64,000 nucleotides of DNA from an uncultured Spirochaetota bacterium (lineage in GTDB: Bacteria > Spirochaetota > Spirochaetia > SZUA-6 > Fen-1364), in assembly GCA_963845535.1 (NCBI GenBank), contig CAWJSK010000022.1, forward strand, positions 1-64,000. The letters are read 5' to 3'. The notes beneath the pieces are model-generated. The model searched no databases, had not been told where the DNA came from, and saw only the letters and a program-made list of their open reading frames with translations. Position 1 is the stretch's first letter; each line of letters opens with the position of its first letter. Positions 38,778-50,461 of this stretch are shown piece after piece. Made by a program: the position numbers and the translations under genes.

Positions 38778-40760
38778 TCACTTCTTCGCTTCGAGGACTT
38801 CCCGCAGTTTTCGGCGGAGCTGGGAGAGTTGGTAGGGCTTCTGGAGGAAGCCGGCCAGTCCCTTGCCGACGAACCGCTGCACGGCATCCTGCTCGTTGTA
38901 TCCGCTGGAGAGAAGAACGGGGATGCGCGGATCGATCCTGTGGATCTCCCGGAAAGTCTCCTCTCCGTCCATGGCCGGCATGGTCAGGTCTACGATCACG
39001 CAGACGATGGCGTCCTTGTGTACGAGAAAGCTCGAAAGCGCCTGCTGGCCGTCCGCCGCAAGGATGGCCTGGAAGCCGAGGTGCGCCAGCATCTGGCCGC
39101 TCACCTTCCGCACGGTCTCCTCGTCATCCGCAATGAGGACGGTGCCGCTGCCGCGCCAGGCCCCCTCATGCGGCGGGTCTCCCTCCAGCGGCTGCGCCGG
39201 GGCGCTGCTGGCCGGGAAGAGCACCTTGATGGTGGTCCCCTTGCCCGGCTCGCTGTAGACCTTGATGGCCCCCTTGTGTCCCCGCACAATGCCGAGCACC
39301 GCGGAAAGGCCGAGCCCTCGACCGGTGAACTTCGTGGTGTAGAACGGCTCGAAAATCCGCTGCCGCGTGAGCTCATCCATGCCCACCCCGTCGTCCCCCA
39401 CTTCCAGGCAGACGTACGGGCCTTCCGGAAGCTGCTCGTCGACGAACGTGCCCGCCAGGTACGCCCGGTCGCAGCGCATGGTGCTCGTGGTGACCGAGAT
39501 GACGCCGCCCGCCTCCCCAATGGCCTCCGACGCGTTGATGACGAGATTCATCACCACCTGGCGGAGCTGGGCGACATCCGCCTCCACCGAGGGCATCCCT
39601 TCCCCCAGGCGGAGCCGAAGAGTGGCTTTCTTGGTGATGGAGACTTGGAGCATGTCTTCCATCTCCGTGATCACCTCGCTCATGTCGAGGTGGCGGATGA
39701 CGAATCTGCCCTTGCCCGAATACGCAAGCATCTGACGGCACAGGTCGGCCGCCCGTCGGGCGGCGCGCTCGATCTCCTGGAGGCTCTCCCGGGCGGGGGA
39801 GACGGGGGACAGCCGCGTGTCGGCGAGGTCCGCATGCCCGAGGATGGCCATGAGGATGTTGTTGAAGTCATGGGCAATGCCGCCGGCCAGGACGCCCAGG
39901 CTCTCGAGCTTCTGCGTCTGCTGCATGCGGGCTTCCAGCCCCAGCCGCTCCGCCTCCGCGCGCTTGCGTTCGCTGACGTCCGAGGCAGTGAAGGTGACTC
40001 CGGCGGAAGGGTCCCCCGCAATGAGCGGGGCGGTGCTCAGGAGCACGTCGACCATCGCCCCGCCCTTGCGGAGCCAGCGCGTCTCGGTTGACGCGAAGCC
40101 GTCACGCGTTTCGTCGGCGCCAAGGTCGCGGCCGACCCTGTCGTATTCCTCGGCGTCTGCGTACAGCGTGCGCATGGGCAAGCCGATCAGCTCCACGCGC
40201 GAGTAGCCGGTCAGGTCGCACATGTGGTCGTTCGCCTCGCGGATGACGCGGCTGACCGCGAGCCCGATCCCCACCGGCACCGTCTTGAAGATGCTCGTCA
40301 GCCGCTTCTCGCTGACGCTGAGAGCGTGCTGCATGCGCGCTCGTTCCGTCACCTCCCGAAACAGGAGCGCCACGCTGTTGGGAGCCGGCTGGAACGCGTG
40401 GATTTCGTAGGCCCCGGCGATCCGCTGATCCGCGTACGTGAGGTGGACTTCCTCGAAAACCCCTCCCGACGCAGCCACCTTCGCGCATTCCTCTGCCACC
40501 CGGGAATCCGCAAGGACCGGGAAAGCTTCCTCGATGGGCTTTCCCGTGAGGAGCACCGTGTCCTCCCCGAGTATCCGGCTGGCCGCTTCGTTGCTCCACG
40601 TGAAGCGCAGCTTTCCGTCAGGCTCCAGGGAGTATCGATGGACCCCGAACGGGGCCCTGTCCATGAAAGTCTGGAATGCCGCCCGGCTTCGCGCAAGCTC
40701 TAATTCGAGCTCAGCGACCCGCCGGCGGGCTTCTTCGAGATCTTGTGCGGATTGTGGCAT
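38778..40760 (-). CDS. PAS-PAS hybrid histidine kinase/response regulator
   Basis: GIAHDFNN, GRGLGL, C-terminal receiver domain. Confidence 0.93.
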   Translation of the reverse strand: MPQSAQDLEEARRRVAELELELARSRAAFQTFMDRAPFGVHRYSLEPDGKLRFTWSNEAASRILGEDTVLLTGKPIEEAFPVLADSRVAEECAKVAASGGVFEEVHLTYADQRIAGAYEIHAFQPAPNSVALLFREVTERARMQHALSVSEKRLTSIFKTVPVGIGLAVSRVIREANDHMCDLTGYSRVELIGLPMRTLYADAEEYDRVGRDLGADETRDGFASTETRWLRKGGAMVDVLLSTAPLIAGDPSAGVTFTASDVSERKRAEAERLGLEARMQQTQKLESLGVLAGGIAHDFNNILMAILGHADLADTRLSPVSPARESLQEIERAARRAADLCRQMLAYSGKGRFVIRHLDMSEVITEMEDMLQVSITKKATLRLRLGEGMPSVEADVAQLRQVVMNLVINASEAIGEAGGVISVTTSTMRCDRAYLAGTFVDEQLPEGPYVCLEVGDDGVGMDELTRQRIFEPFYTTKFTGRGLGLSAVLGIVRGHKGAIKVYSEPGKGTTIKVLFPASSAPAQPLEGDPPHEGAWRGSGTVLIADDEETVRKVSGQMLAHLGFQAILAADGQQALSSFLVHKDAIVCVIVDLTMPAMDGEETFREIHRIDPRIPVLLSSGYNEQDAVQRFVGKGLAGFLQKPYQLSQLRRKLREVLEAKK

Positions 40761-40851
40761 GATCTATCCACAGTATAGCCCGCGTTGTCAGGAAAGTCTG
40801 TTGCTGAAAGTCCGTTGCCGAGAGCAGCCTTCTGTTGCCGAGAATGCAGTC

Positions 40852-43014
40852 TCAGGAAACCCCTTTGTCCGCCTCATGAGGCGCCGGCAGTCCGGCCGGA
40901 GGATTGCCCTCCTGCGGGAGCGCCTTGCCTCCGTCTTCGTCGTGCTCTATCTTGAATCGGGCCACAAGATTGTTCAGCTCCTGGGCCATGAGGAAGAGCT
41001 TCTCCGTGGCGGTCGACATCTCCTCCGCGGAGGCTGCCGCGGATTGCGTCAGGTCGTTCACCGTCTCCACCGCCTTCGACACCTGGCGCGCGTTGACCGT
41101 CTGCTCTTCCGTGGCGCTGGAGATTCCCTGGCTCATCTCGGTGACGTTCGCCAGGGCCCGGGACAGCTCCGTGATGGCGGACACCTGCCTCCCCATGGAT
41201 TCAGCCAGCGCGGTGATTGTCTCATTGACCTGCTGGGAGGCGGCGCGGATCTGCTCCATGGCCATCTGGGAAGACTTCGCGGTCTTGACCCCTTCACCGA
41301 CGTTCTTCACGCTTTCGCGGATCAGGGCGGAGATCTCTTTCGTGGAGGAGGCGCTGCGTTCGGCCAGCTTGCTGACTTCCTCCGCCACCACCGCAAATCC
41401 CCGGCCGTGCTCGCCGGCCCGCGCTGCTTCGATGGAAGCGTTGAGGGCGAGCAAGTTGGTCTGGTCAGCGATGTCGGAGATCACGTCGACGATCCCTCCG
41501 ATCTTTTCGGAGCCCTCCGCAATACGGCTGATGCTGTCAACGACGGATTGGACGGCGCTGGCTCCTTCCACGGCGTTCTCTGAGGACCGCCGGGCCAGTC
41601 CGGAGATCTGCTCGAAGCTCTGGGACACGGACTGGACGGCCGTACGCACCTGTTCCATGGAGCTGGAGCCTTCCCGCAGCGCCTGCGCCTGCGACTTCGC
41701 GCTGCCCGACACCTCGTCCACCGAGGCGGCCAGCTCCTCCATGGAGGCGCTGGTTTCCTCCAGGGTGGATGCCTGGCTCTGGGCGTCTTCTGCAAGTCTC
41801 CCTGCGCTCGTCAAGATCTCCTGGCTCGAGTGGGCCACCTGCGACGCGCTTTCCTGCACCGTGGTCACCACCTCACGCAGGCGGCTGGCCATCTCGTTGA
41901 GAGCCGTTCCCAGCGTTCCCACCTCGTCGTGCTGGCGAATCTCCAGCGTCTGCGTGAAATCTCCTTCCGCGATCTGCTGGGCGAACTCCACGCCTTTCGT
42001 CAGGGGCCGCGTAATGGCGCGGGTTATTGCCAGGGCGATGACGGCTCCCAGGACCGCGGCGGCGACGATCCCCGCCACCAGCATGATGATGGCTGTCATG
42101 ATGCGCGTGACGGTCAGCTTCGTGATGCCGCCGGCGTCCTTGAGCCCTTCATCGGAAATCTGCTGCGCGGCATCCAGCACCGCCTGTGCGGTGGCAACCT
42201 GGGAGGTGTTCACCTGCACGAGCTTGGTAGCCCCGTCGAGGACAATCTGGCACGACTGCTGATACACCTCGGCGGCCTTGGCAAAGGCGTCCAGTTGCAC
42301 CTTGTCGTCCCGCCCCACGGTGGGGAGAACGCGCCAGGCGTCCAACCTGCTGCTGAGGTCTGCAAAGCCCTCCATGGCGTCCTTGAGGAACGAAGGATCA
42401 TCGGTAGCTTGGGTCTGGAAGTTGGCGATCTTCAGCGCGTTGCCAGCGTCCCGCATGTCGTTGGCGATGGATATCTCCTGGAGGATGCTTCTCTGTCCGC
42501 CCGCCGATGCGCGCCGGAGGTCCACCGTCTTCTTGAGGATGTAGTTGGAAAGTCCGTTCGTCAGCGTGGAGCCCGCCGCCGACTGGTCCATTCGCGCCGT
42601 AATGATGGTGGAGTTGACGTTTGCCGTGTCCTGTATCAGCGCGTCGTATTCGCCCACTTTCGTCTTGGCATCCGCCACGTTTTTCTTGAGAACGACGAGC
42701 CGCGGGTATTTCGCGGCGAGGGCGTCCGCGTCCTGCAGGTACTGCTGCGTTTCCTGAAGGTGCTGGGTGGCCTTGTCCAGGGAGTCCGAGTCCATGGTGA
42801 GGAGGAAGCCGCGGAAGCTGTACATGGCTTGCAGCAGGCTGCGCTCGATGTTGTTGGCCACCGCAACTTCGGGGACCGTCTCCTTGTCCAGGCGGCTCGC
42901 GTCCCCCTGGACCCCCCACATGTTCCACAGCTCAATGGCGCCCACCGCGGCGGCGATCACGATCACGAGAGCAAAGCCTGCGCCGATTTTCACGGCCACG
43001 CGCGTCATTCTCAT
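40852..43014 (-). CDS. Methyl-accepting chemotaxis protein
   Basis: Two TM segments, [31 protein letters not shown]. Confidence 0.95.
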   Translation of the reverse strand: MRMTRVAVKIGAGFALVIVIAAAVGAIELWNMWGVQGDASRLDKETVPEVAVANNIERSLLQAMYSFRGFLLTMDSDSLDKATQHLQETQQYLQDADALAAKYPRLVVLKKNVADAKTKVGEYDALIQDTANVNSTIITARMDQSAAGSTLTNGLSNYILKKTVDLRRASAGGQRSILQEISIANDMRDAGNALKIANFQTQATDDPSFLKDAMEGFADLSSRLDAWRVLPTVGRDDKVQLDAFAKAAEVYQQSCQIVLDGATKLVQVNTSQVATAQAVLDAAQQISDEGLKDAGGITKLTVTRIMTAIIMLVAGIVAAAVLGAVIALAITRAITRPLTKGVEFAQQIAEGDFTQTLEIRQHDEVGTLGTALNEMASRLREVVTTVQESASQVAHSSQEILTSAGRLAEDAQSQASTLEETSASMEELAASVDEVSGSAKSQAQALREGSSSMEQVRTAVQSVSQSFEQISGLARRSSENAVEGASAVQSVVDSISRIAEGSEKIGGIVDVISDIADQTNLLALNASIEAARAGEHGRGFAVVAEEVSKLAERSASSTKEISALIRESVKNVGEGVKTAKSSQMAMEQIRAASQQVNETITALAESMGRQVSAITELSRALANVTEMSQGISSATEEQTVNARQVSKAVETVNDLTQSAAASAEEMSTATEKLFLMAQELNNLVARFKIEHDEDGGKALPQEGNPPAGLPAPHEADKGVS

Positions 43015-43066
43015 ACCTTCGCCTTCCTGGCGTCCGTTTTCTCCTCGCGGCGGATGGGCTCTCCTT

Positions 43067-44081
43067 CTATCGAAGTCTCCTTCCCACCACCTTCTGCAGC
43101 GCGACAGACACGACTATGATGAGACCATAGATCACGTATGTCCAGTATCCCGTCAGTCCCGCGGCCACAATCCCGCCCTGGATGGCCCCGATGATGAAAG
43201 ACCCTACGAAAGTGCCGAAGATCGTCCCCATGCCGCCGAATACGGAGGTCCCGCCAAGGAAGACCGAAGCGAGCGTATTCAACAGGTATCCGTCACCGAG
43301 GGTGGGCCAGAAGAAGAGCACGTCCTCGCTGACCACGAATCCCGAGAACGCCGCGGCCGCCCCGACTGCCGCGAAGGCGATGATTTTCGTCCTGTCCACG
43401 TTCACGCCCATGAGGCGCGCGCTTTCTATGTTGTCTCCCGTGAGGTACACGTGGGCGCCAAGGCGGTGCCGATTGAGGAAGAACCACACGATCAGGCCGA
43501 TGATGATGGTCCATACGAACTGCATGGGGAATGATCCCGGCGATTTTGCCAACGAGCGCCGGGTAGAGGACGGTGTTCTGAACGTCGGTCATCCCCATGC
43601 CCTGTCCGTTGGTGAGGACCATGACAGCGCCGCGCCAGAAGAACTGGGTGCCAATGGTGGCGACAAGCGATGGAATGCCGATTTTCGTGACGATCACACC
43701 GTTGAGAAGACCGGCCACCATTCCCCCCAGGATGCAGCCAATGAAGCCGAGCGCCACACTGTGCGTCAGGGTGAACACGAGGTCGAAGATTGTCATGCCG
43801 AAAGCCATGACCGACGGGAATGAGAGGTCGATCTCTCCGGTAATGACCACAAGCGTCAAGGGAATGGCGATGAGCGCAAAGTATGGCGTCGTGGACATGA
43901 AGGCGATGTAGATGTTCCCGGCCAGGAACGTCTGCGGTGAGCCAATGAGAAAGAGGACCCAGATGAACAGGGCCACGAATACAATGCCGATCTGCAGGGG
44001 ATAGGCGCGCAGAAACGCCGAGATCCGGCCCTTTCCCGCCGTGGGGGATAACGGCCTCCCTGCTTCCTGTATCTGGCTCAT
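43067..44081 (-). CDS. Sugar ABC permease (apparent frameshift at ~43527)
   Basis: GEIDLS in one frame and [19 protein letters not shown] in the next. The frames join if one base is removed from a G run. Confidence 0.88.
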
Positions 44082-44928
44082 CCCTTTCTCCTTCCTTTTG
44101 CCACCACTTTCACCGGCCTTTGTGCCGGACCTTTCGTCGCCGTCTTTGCGGCCATGCGCTTCCTGGGCGTGGTATCCAGGTGCCCGGTCTGCGCTACAGC
44201 CTGCAGCCGGTCGATCAACTCCTGAAGCGAGAGATCGTTCTTCATGAACTGGCCGGCCACCGTTCCCCTGTCCAGGACGACGATCCTGTCCGCCACGGGG
44301 TACACGTGAAAGATGTTGTGGTCGATGAAGATGGCGGACTTGCCTGCGGCCTTGATGCCCGCCACGAAATCAAGGCACTTCTTCGTTTCAGAAAGAGAGA
44401 GTCCCATGGTGGGCTCATCCAGGATGATCATCTCCGCCTTGAAGTACAGCGCTCGAGTGATGGCCACTCCCTGGCGCTCGCCGCCGGAGAACGTCTTGAC
44501 CATGGACTCCGGGTTGATGGCCGACGAGGTGAACCCCATCAGGGTGTGCATGAGCTTTCGGGTCTCTTCCCGCATGGTCCGCAGGTCGAGCCTTCCCCAT
44601 CCGTCGGACAGCTCGCGTCCCATGAAGATGTTCCGCCAGAGGGACTGCTGGTCCGCAAGCGCCCGTTCCTGGTAGACGACCTCGATTCCCAGGTCGCGGG
44701 CCCGGGCAACGCTCAGATGGTCTATCTTCTTTCCCTTCAAGTACATCTCGCCCCCGGCGTCAGGCTGGTGGTAGCCAGTGATGATCTTCACCAAGGTCGA
44801 TTTCCCGCGCCGTTGTCTCCCAGCAAGCCCACAATCTCGTTCGCTCCGACCTCGAAGTTGATGTCGTGAAGGGCCGCGACCTCTCCGAAGGTCTTGGAGA
44901 CGTTCTTCATCTTCAGGAAGTGATCCAT
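44078..44928 (-). CDS. Sugar ABC ATP-binding protein (apparent frameshift at ~44803)
   Basis: Walker A GDNGAGKST is restored by adding one base. FSGGERQ, ILDEPT. Confidence 0.88.
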
Positions 44929-44996
44929 GGATTCTCCTCGTTAAGGAAAGGGCGGCCGGGGCTCAAGCCCCGACCGCCCCGTTCTGATTCAGGATA

Positions 44997-45986
44997 TCAG
45001 CGAATGTTCTTTTCAGCCAGCGGCGCCACCAGGTCGACGTTGCTCTTGTCAACAAAGCCAGCGCCCGTGTTGATGTGCAGGCCGGAATAGCCATACACCT
45101 TCGTGAGGCAGATCTGCAGGATGGGCAGGTAGCCCTGGAGCCATTCCTGCTGGTCGATCACCAACCCGGTCCAGCCGCCCTTGATGGCCGCTATGGTTGC
45201 GGGGGAAAGATCGAAACCTGCAACGGCGATCTGCCCAGGCTTCTTGCCGGCGGCCTCGAGGTACTTCTGGGCAGTGGCTGTCAGGCCACCGTGGTCGATC
45301 ACAACCAGCTTCACGTCCGGGTGCGAGGAGACATAACCCGCAAACGTCGGGACTCCGGCAACGGGGTCCGCATTGGTGGCTGCATCAATGGGGATGTAAT
45401 CCACGATCATGCCGGCTGCCTTGAGCGCGTCAATGACGCCCTTGGTCCGCTCTCCGCGCGCGGGCTGCTCCAGCAAGCCCCACACCATGGCGCGTTCTCC
45501 GCTCTTCAGGTTGAAGGTCTTCACGGCCTGCACGCCAAGCGCGTGTCCCGCCGGATAGTTCTCTGCGCCCACGTAGCCGAAGCCCTTGGACGCGTACTTC
45601 GCTTCCGCCTTGTCCAGCGTGGTGTTCTGGCTGGTGACGATGATGCCCTGCTTTTCCGCCTGATCGATGAGAGCGTCAAAAGCCGCATCACCCGGGTGAC
45701 CCATGATTGCGATCCCGTCGGGCCGAGTTGCCATGGCCTCGCGGAACTGCTGGATCATCTGCTGGGGGTCCCAGTTGGACCACACATAGTTGACTTTGCA
45801 GCCCAAGTCTGAAGCCGCCTGGACCGCGCCGTTGTACACGTTCACCGCAAAAACGCCGCCCTGCGGCCCGCCCGGGAAGAACACGATCCGGACATGGGAG
45901 GCCCAACCCTTGTTCTGTGCGGGGGCCATTGCGACTACTGCTAGCGCAAAGACCGCCACAGCGATAGTGAGGACTTTGGACTTCAT
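44997..45986 (-). CDS. Sugar ABC substrate-binding protein
   Basis: Signal peptide, PDGI, GFDLS, IDQQEWLQGY. Confidence 0.9.
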   Translation of the reverse strand: MKSKVLTIAVAVFALAVVAMAPAQNKGWASHVRIVFFPGGPQGGVFAVNVYNGAVQAASDLGCKVNYVWSNWDPQQMIQQFREAMATRPDGIAIMGHPGDAAFDALIDQAEKQGIIVTSQNTTLDKAEAKYASKGFGYVGAENYPAGHALGVQAVKTFNLKSGERAMVWGLLEQPARGERTKGVIDALKAAGMIVDYIPIDAATNADPVAGVPTFAGYVSSHPDVKLVVIDHGGLTATAQKYLEAAGKKPGQIAVAGFDLSPATIAAIKGGWTGLVIDQQEWLQGYLPILQICLTKVYGYSGLHINTGAGFVDKSNVDLVAPLAEKNIR

Positions 45987-46041
45987 ACGCCAAACCTCCT
46001 TGAAGATTTATCCCGACCCCAACGGGGCCGTTTGAGAGACC

Positions 46042-47046
46042 TCATAACTGGCGGCTGTTCTCCGCCTCCATGGTTCCGCGGTAGGTGTCGACGTTCCTGC
46101 GGTCCACGAAGATCACCCCCGTGTCTATTACGCGCGGGAGCGGCCTGTTGGCCACCGCATCCAGAAGACGCTCCACGGAAAGCCATCCCATTTTGTACGT
46201 GTTCTGCACGACGCAGAACACGATGGACCCGTCACGGATCCCCTGCACCGTGTCCCCCAGGTCATCGAATCCGGCCACGAGGATCTTCCCTGTCTTTCCT
46301 TCTCTCTTCACCACCGCGGCCGCCGCGGGCGCCCCTTCGGCCGAGACGCTGAAGATTGCGGCAAGGTCGGGATGCTCCGCCAGGAGGGTCTCCGTCTTGT
46401 TCACGGATTCGGAGAAGTCCCCGCCCTCATCAATGACTCCAACGAGCGTGATCCTTGGCGCTGCCTCGGTGAGCGCCCTCGTGAACCCGCGCGTTCTGAG
46501 GTTGAGGTTCGTGGCGTCGAGGCCGCCTTGGAGCACGGCAATCGAGCCGCGGTCCGCCATTGCGGCAGCCATGCGCTTTCCCGCCTCATAGCCGGCGCTT
46601 TCGTTGTCCGTGCCGATGTAGGTGAGCGCTTCGCTTGAAGGCGCCGGGGCGTCGAATGTGATGACCTTGATGCCCGCTTGCGCGGCCTCATGGATCACGG
46701 AAACGAGCCCCTTGTCGTCGTTGGCGGAGATGGCAATACCGTTGACCCCGCGGGCAATCAGGTCTTTGATCACTTTCACCTGGAGAGCCACGTCGAACCG
46801 AGGGGGAGCGTCGACCTCCGAGATGACGCCGTACCGGGTCGCCGCCTCCGTGAAACCCTTGTACACCGGCTCGTAATAGGGGTGGACTCCTTTGGGCACC
46901 ATGACGAAGACCATCTGGCGGGTGTTCCCCGTTTGAGAGCCGGCTGTGCTCTGCGGTTCGAATGCCCCGCGCGCAAACATCACCCCTGCTGCAAGGAGGA
47001 AAAGCGCCAAAAGGGACGTAAGAAGAACCTTCCAGAGGCGTGGCAT
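46042..47046 (-). CDS. Second periplasmic sugar-binding protein
   Basis: VPKGVHPYY, YIGTDN, GFDD, VVQN. Confidence 0.88.
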   Translation of the reverse strand: MPRLWKVLLTSLLALFLLAAGVMFARGAFEPQSTAGSQTGNTRQMVFVMVPKGVHPYYEPVYKGFTEAATRYGVISEVDAPPRFDVALQVKVIKDLIARGVNGIAISANDDKGLVSVIHEAAQAGIKVITFDAPAPSSEALTYIGTDNESAGYEAGKRMAAAMADRGSIAVLQGGLDATNLNLRTRGFTRALTEAAPRITLVGVIDEGGDFSESVNKTETLLAEHPDLAAIFSVSAEGAPAAAAVVKREGKTGKILVAGFDDLGDTVQGIRDGSIVFCVVQNTYKMGWLSVERLLDAVANRPLPRVIDTGVIFVDRRNVDTYRGTMEAENSRQL

Positions 47047-47069
47047 GTGTTTGTTGTATCCCTAGGAGA

Positions 47070-47085
47070 TGCATAAAGGGGGCCA
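47070..47085 (-). promoter_or_regulatory. Sigma54 (-24/-12) promoter
   Basis: TGGCCCCCTTTATGCA fits TGGC-N9-GC(A/T) spacing and lies directly upstream of the ABC cluster. Confidence 0.65.
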
Positions 47086-47178
47086 ACGTCAGATGGAATC
47101 AATTTGCGAGGTAATTGTTTACGCAGCAGTGAAATGTGATGGACGATTGATCTTATGGGTTCGGCCTGAAACTCCCGA

Positions 47179-47195
47179 TTTCCCAGTTTGGGAAA
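47179..47195. promoter_or_regulatory. Candidate enhancer (UAS) palindrome
   Basis: TTTCCCA-gtt-TGGGAAA, about 100 bp upstream of the sigma54 site. Confidence 0.5.
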
Positions 47196-47224
47196 AAGTG
47201 GGTAATGAGCGCGCGCGATGTGCC

Positions 47225-48528
47225 CTATCGGATTGCGTACCGCTTCATCTTATTGTAGAGAGTTTTTCTGCTCATTCCCAATTCCCGAGAGGCCACGGAC
47301 CTGTTGTACGCCGTTCGTTTCAGGACCTCGATGATCGCGTCACGCTCCTGCTGCCACAACTCAGGAAGGGCGGCATCCCCGGACCCTTCCAGGAGGAAGT
47401 CCTGGGCCAGGAGCGGACGGTTCTGCTCCGAGAGGAGCACCGCCGACTCCACGGCATTCTTCAGCTCGCGGACGTTGCCGAGCCACTGGTATGAGCGGAG
47501 GAAACGAACCGCTTCCCGGGATATCTCAACCCCGGGCTTGTTGTAGCGGCGGCGGTAAAGCCCGAGGAAAAGAGAAAGAAGAGGCTCGATGTCCTCCCGT
47601 CTGTCGCGAAGCGGGGGGATAGTGACCGCAAGCCCTTTCAGACGGTAGTAGAGGTCCAGGCGGAACTTCTTCTCCCTTATCATGGCGGACAGGTCGCAGT
47701 TGGTGGAAGCGATGATCCTGGCGGAAAGGGGGATTGAGCGCGTGGAGCCTACCGGTTCGAAGGTCCGTTCCTCCAACGCGCGCAGCAGCTTCGTCTGGAG
47801 GTGGAGCCCCATGTCCCCGATCTCATCAAGGAAGATCGTGCCTGACCCCGCGGCCTCGAACTTGCCCATTGCGGCGGAATGGGCGTCCGTGAAGGCGCCC
47901 TTTTCGTGCCCGAACAGCTCGCTTTCCAGAAGCTCGGGAGGGATGGCTGCGCAGTTTATCGCCACGAAGGGGCGGCTGCCGCGGGAGCTCTTTTCATGGA
48001 CAAAGCGGGCCAGCATCTCCTTGCCCGTGCCGCTCTCTCCCTGCAGGAGCACGGGATCTCTGAGTCCATGATCTTGCGCAGCGTCTCCACGATGTGCTTC
48101 ATGGACTGGCTCATGGCAATGAGCCCGTCCTGGTTCGAGGGCGCGGGCTCCGCGTTCTGAGCCCCCAGGCACAAGCGGTCCGCGAGCGCCACGATGTCGT
48201 GGTTGTCGAAAGGCTTCTGGAGATAGTCGACGGCGCCCAGCTTCATTGCCCTCACGGCGGTATCCACGGAGGCGAATGCCGTGATGATCACAACCGCCGT
48301 TCCGGCAGCCTTGAGGTCCGGCAGAAGGTCGGTGCCGCTCAAGTCCGGCAGCTTCAAGTCGACGAACGCGCAGTCGAACCTCTCCGCCTTGGCCCGCTTG
48401 CGCGCCTCCGAGCCCGTTGCCGCGCTTGCCACGCGGTAGCCTTCGAGAGAGAGCGCCTTCTCCAGGCCGAGCCGCATCCCTTCCTCGTCATCGACGATGA
48501 GCAGTGAGAATCCGCGCCGGCTCAACAT
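47225..48528 (-). CDS. Sigma54-dependent response regulator (apparent frameshift at ~48054)
   Basis: Receiver domain in one frame. [14 protein letters not shown] and a Fis-type HTH in the other. Confidence 0.9.
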
Positions 48529-50300
48529 GCCTCTTCCTTTCGCGGGAAAAGAAGCGTCACGGTGGTGCCCACCCCGGGTTCCCCTGATGCGTCGATGGCT
48601 CCGCCATGCAGCTTCATGATGGTCTGGCTGAGCGCAAGGCCGAGCCCCGTCCCGTAGCCTTTCTTGCGCGTCACGAAGGGCCGAAAGATGGAGGCCCGTG
48701 TGTCCTCATCCATGCCCTCTCCGTTGTCGCTGACCGTGACGCGGAAACCCGCTCCGTCCACCTGCGCGTCAATGCGCACCAACCCGTGATCATGATGGAT
48801 GGCCTGGATGGCGTTATACAGAAGATTGAAGAAAACCTGCTTGATGGCGTCAGCATCCCCCTCCACGACGGCGCTTGGAGGGAACGGCGCAACCTCCACG
48901 CGCACCCCTTTCAGCCGGAGCTTGGGCATGAAGAGCTGCACCACTTCCGAGACCACCCCTTCCAGGGACAGGTCGCTGAAGGAGAGCTCCTCATCCGTGG
49001 CGTGCTGCAGGAGGTTCCTGAGGAGCCGGTTCACGCGCTTGATCTCGGACTCCATCCGCTCGAGGAAGCTCTGCTGCTCGCCTTCCTCCAGCTTTCCCGA
49101 TCTCAGGAGCTGGACGTGGTTCAGGATGATGCCAAGCGGGTTGTTGATCTCGTGCGCTATTCCGGCGGAAAATCGCCCCAGGGCAGCCATCTTTTCGCTG
49201 GTGACGAGCATCCGTTTGCTCTCCTCCAGGCGCGCCGCGTTCTCCTCAAGCTCTTCCGCCATGCGGGTGAACCCGCGGTAAAGCTCGCCGAACTCGTCGT
49301 TGCGTTCCACCGGCAGGCGGATGCCGTAGTCCCCCCGGCCAATCCGGATGGATGCGGCGAGCAGCGAGCGGATGGCGGCAATCACCTGGCTTCCCCAGAG
49401 CAGGAACAGCACCGTGGCCACGCCGACGCAGATGAGCGGAATGATGGACAGCCGGAGGAAGTTCCGCAGCCAGTCCGCGATGGTGTTCGATGAGGGACCC
49501 CCGACGAAGAGAAACGCCTTGGCGGACGGGCCCATCTCGAGGTAGGAGCCTATGTACTTGTACGTCTGGCCCCGGAAGCGGTAGCTGCCGGAAAATGGGC
49601 TGCCCGTCATGGGATGGGCGCGCGTCCACAGCACTCCCGCCGTGTCGATTCCCGGCAGGGAGGAATAGCGGTACAGACCTTGCGCGTAGAAGGCGATTTC
49701 TATGCCGGCGCGCAGGGAGAGGGTCTCCAGGTAGCTCCTGTTGAAGGCTTTCTGCAGCGAGATCATGCCGATCTCTTCCCCGTTTCGAAAGACCGGCATG
49801 TAGAACGTGGCGTAGATGCCATCCGACATCTGCGCGTACTCCGGCTGGCCCGCAAGGCTGGCGGGCAGGCCGTGAGGCACGCTGTCGCTGATGTAGGTGG
49901 AGTTGCCCACAACCACGACAGCCGCGTAGTGGTCTTTCTCCACGCGGTACACGGCAATCGTGTCGATTGCCTCGCTCAGGAGATGGTTCTCCAGGTCATC
50001 GCGGAGCACCGCGATGTCCCCGTCCAGCGTGTCCTTGCTGAAGTAGCCCCAGTACTTGTTGTAGACGTACAGCTTCGACTGGAGCGTCGGAGAAAGGGCA
50101 AGGCGCGCTATGCCCGCCCTGTAGCGCAGCTCGGTTGCCGCAATGTCCTTCTTGATGAGCGATAGGGAGGAGCGGAAACGTGACTCTTGCGATCGGCCGC
50201 CGCTTTCCACCACCAGAGCCGCGGCCACGCCGATTGCCACGAGCAGGGGAACGAGGAGGGCGCTTGCTGTGATGAAAAGAAGGCGCGCGCGAAGCTTCAC
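48522..50300 (-). CDS. HAMP sensor histidine kinase
   Basis: GIAHEINNPL, DNGEG, GTGLGL. Confidence 0.92.
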   Translation of the reverse strand: MKLRARLLFITASALLVPLLVAIGVAAALVVESGGRSQESRFRSSLSLIKKDIAATELRYRAGIARLALSPTLQSKLYVYNKYWGYFSKDTLDGDIAVLRDDLENHLLSEAIDTIAVYRVEKDHYAAVVVVGNSTYISDSVPHGLPASLAGQPEYAQMSDGIYATFYMPVFRNGEEIGMISLQKAFNRSYLETLSLRAGIEIAFYAQGLYRYSSLPGIDTAGVLWTRAHPMTGSPFSGSYRFRGQTYKYIGSYLEMGPSAKAFLFVGGPSSNTIADWLRNFLRLSIIPLICVGVATVLFLLWGSQVIAAIRSLLAASIRIGRGDYGIRLPVERNDEFGELYRGFTRMAEELEENAARLEESKRMLVTSEKMAALGRFSAGIAHEINNPLGIILNHVQLLRSGKLEEGEQQSFLERMESEIKRVNRLLRNLLQHATDEELSFSDLSLEGVVSEVVQLFMPKLRLKGVRVEVAPFPPSAVVEGDADAIKQVFFNLLYNAIQAIHHDHGLVRIDAQVDGAGFRVTVSDNGEGMDEDTRASIFRPFVTRKKGYGTGLGLALSQTIMKLHGGAIDASGEPGVGTTVTLLFPRKEEAC

Positions 50301-50420
50301 GGAACGTCCTTGGGCTCTCAGTCATGGAGCGAAGAAGGATCATACCCGAAAACGGCCGCTGCCGCAAAGGGAGCAGCGGGAGGAGCGGGAGGGCGGGAAA
50401 GGCGCGAACGGCGGGAGGGA

Positions 50421-50461
50421 GCGGCGGGCCCCGCTTTCGCGCGGGGACCCGCCGGCTTTTC
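50421..50461. terminator. GC-rich hairpin after the amino-acid SBP gene
   Basis: gcggcgggccccgc-tttc-gcgcggggacccgccggc. Confidence 0.5.

Noticed and set aside
43067..48528. Pseudogenes or programmed frameshifts in the permease, ATPase and sigma54 regulator
   Set aside because: Each break is a single-base indel in a short homopolymer with intact sequence on both sides, typical of long-read error.
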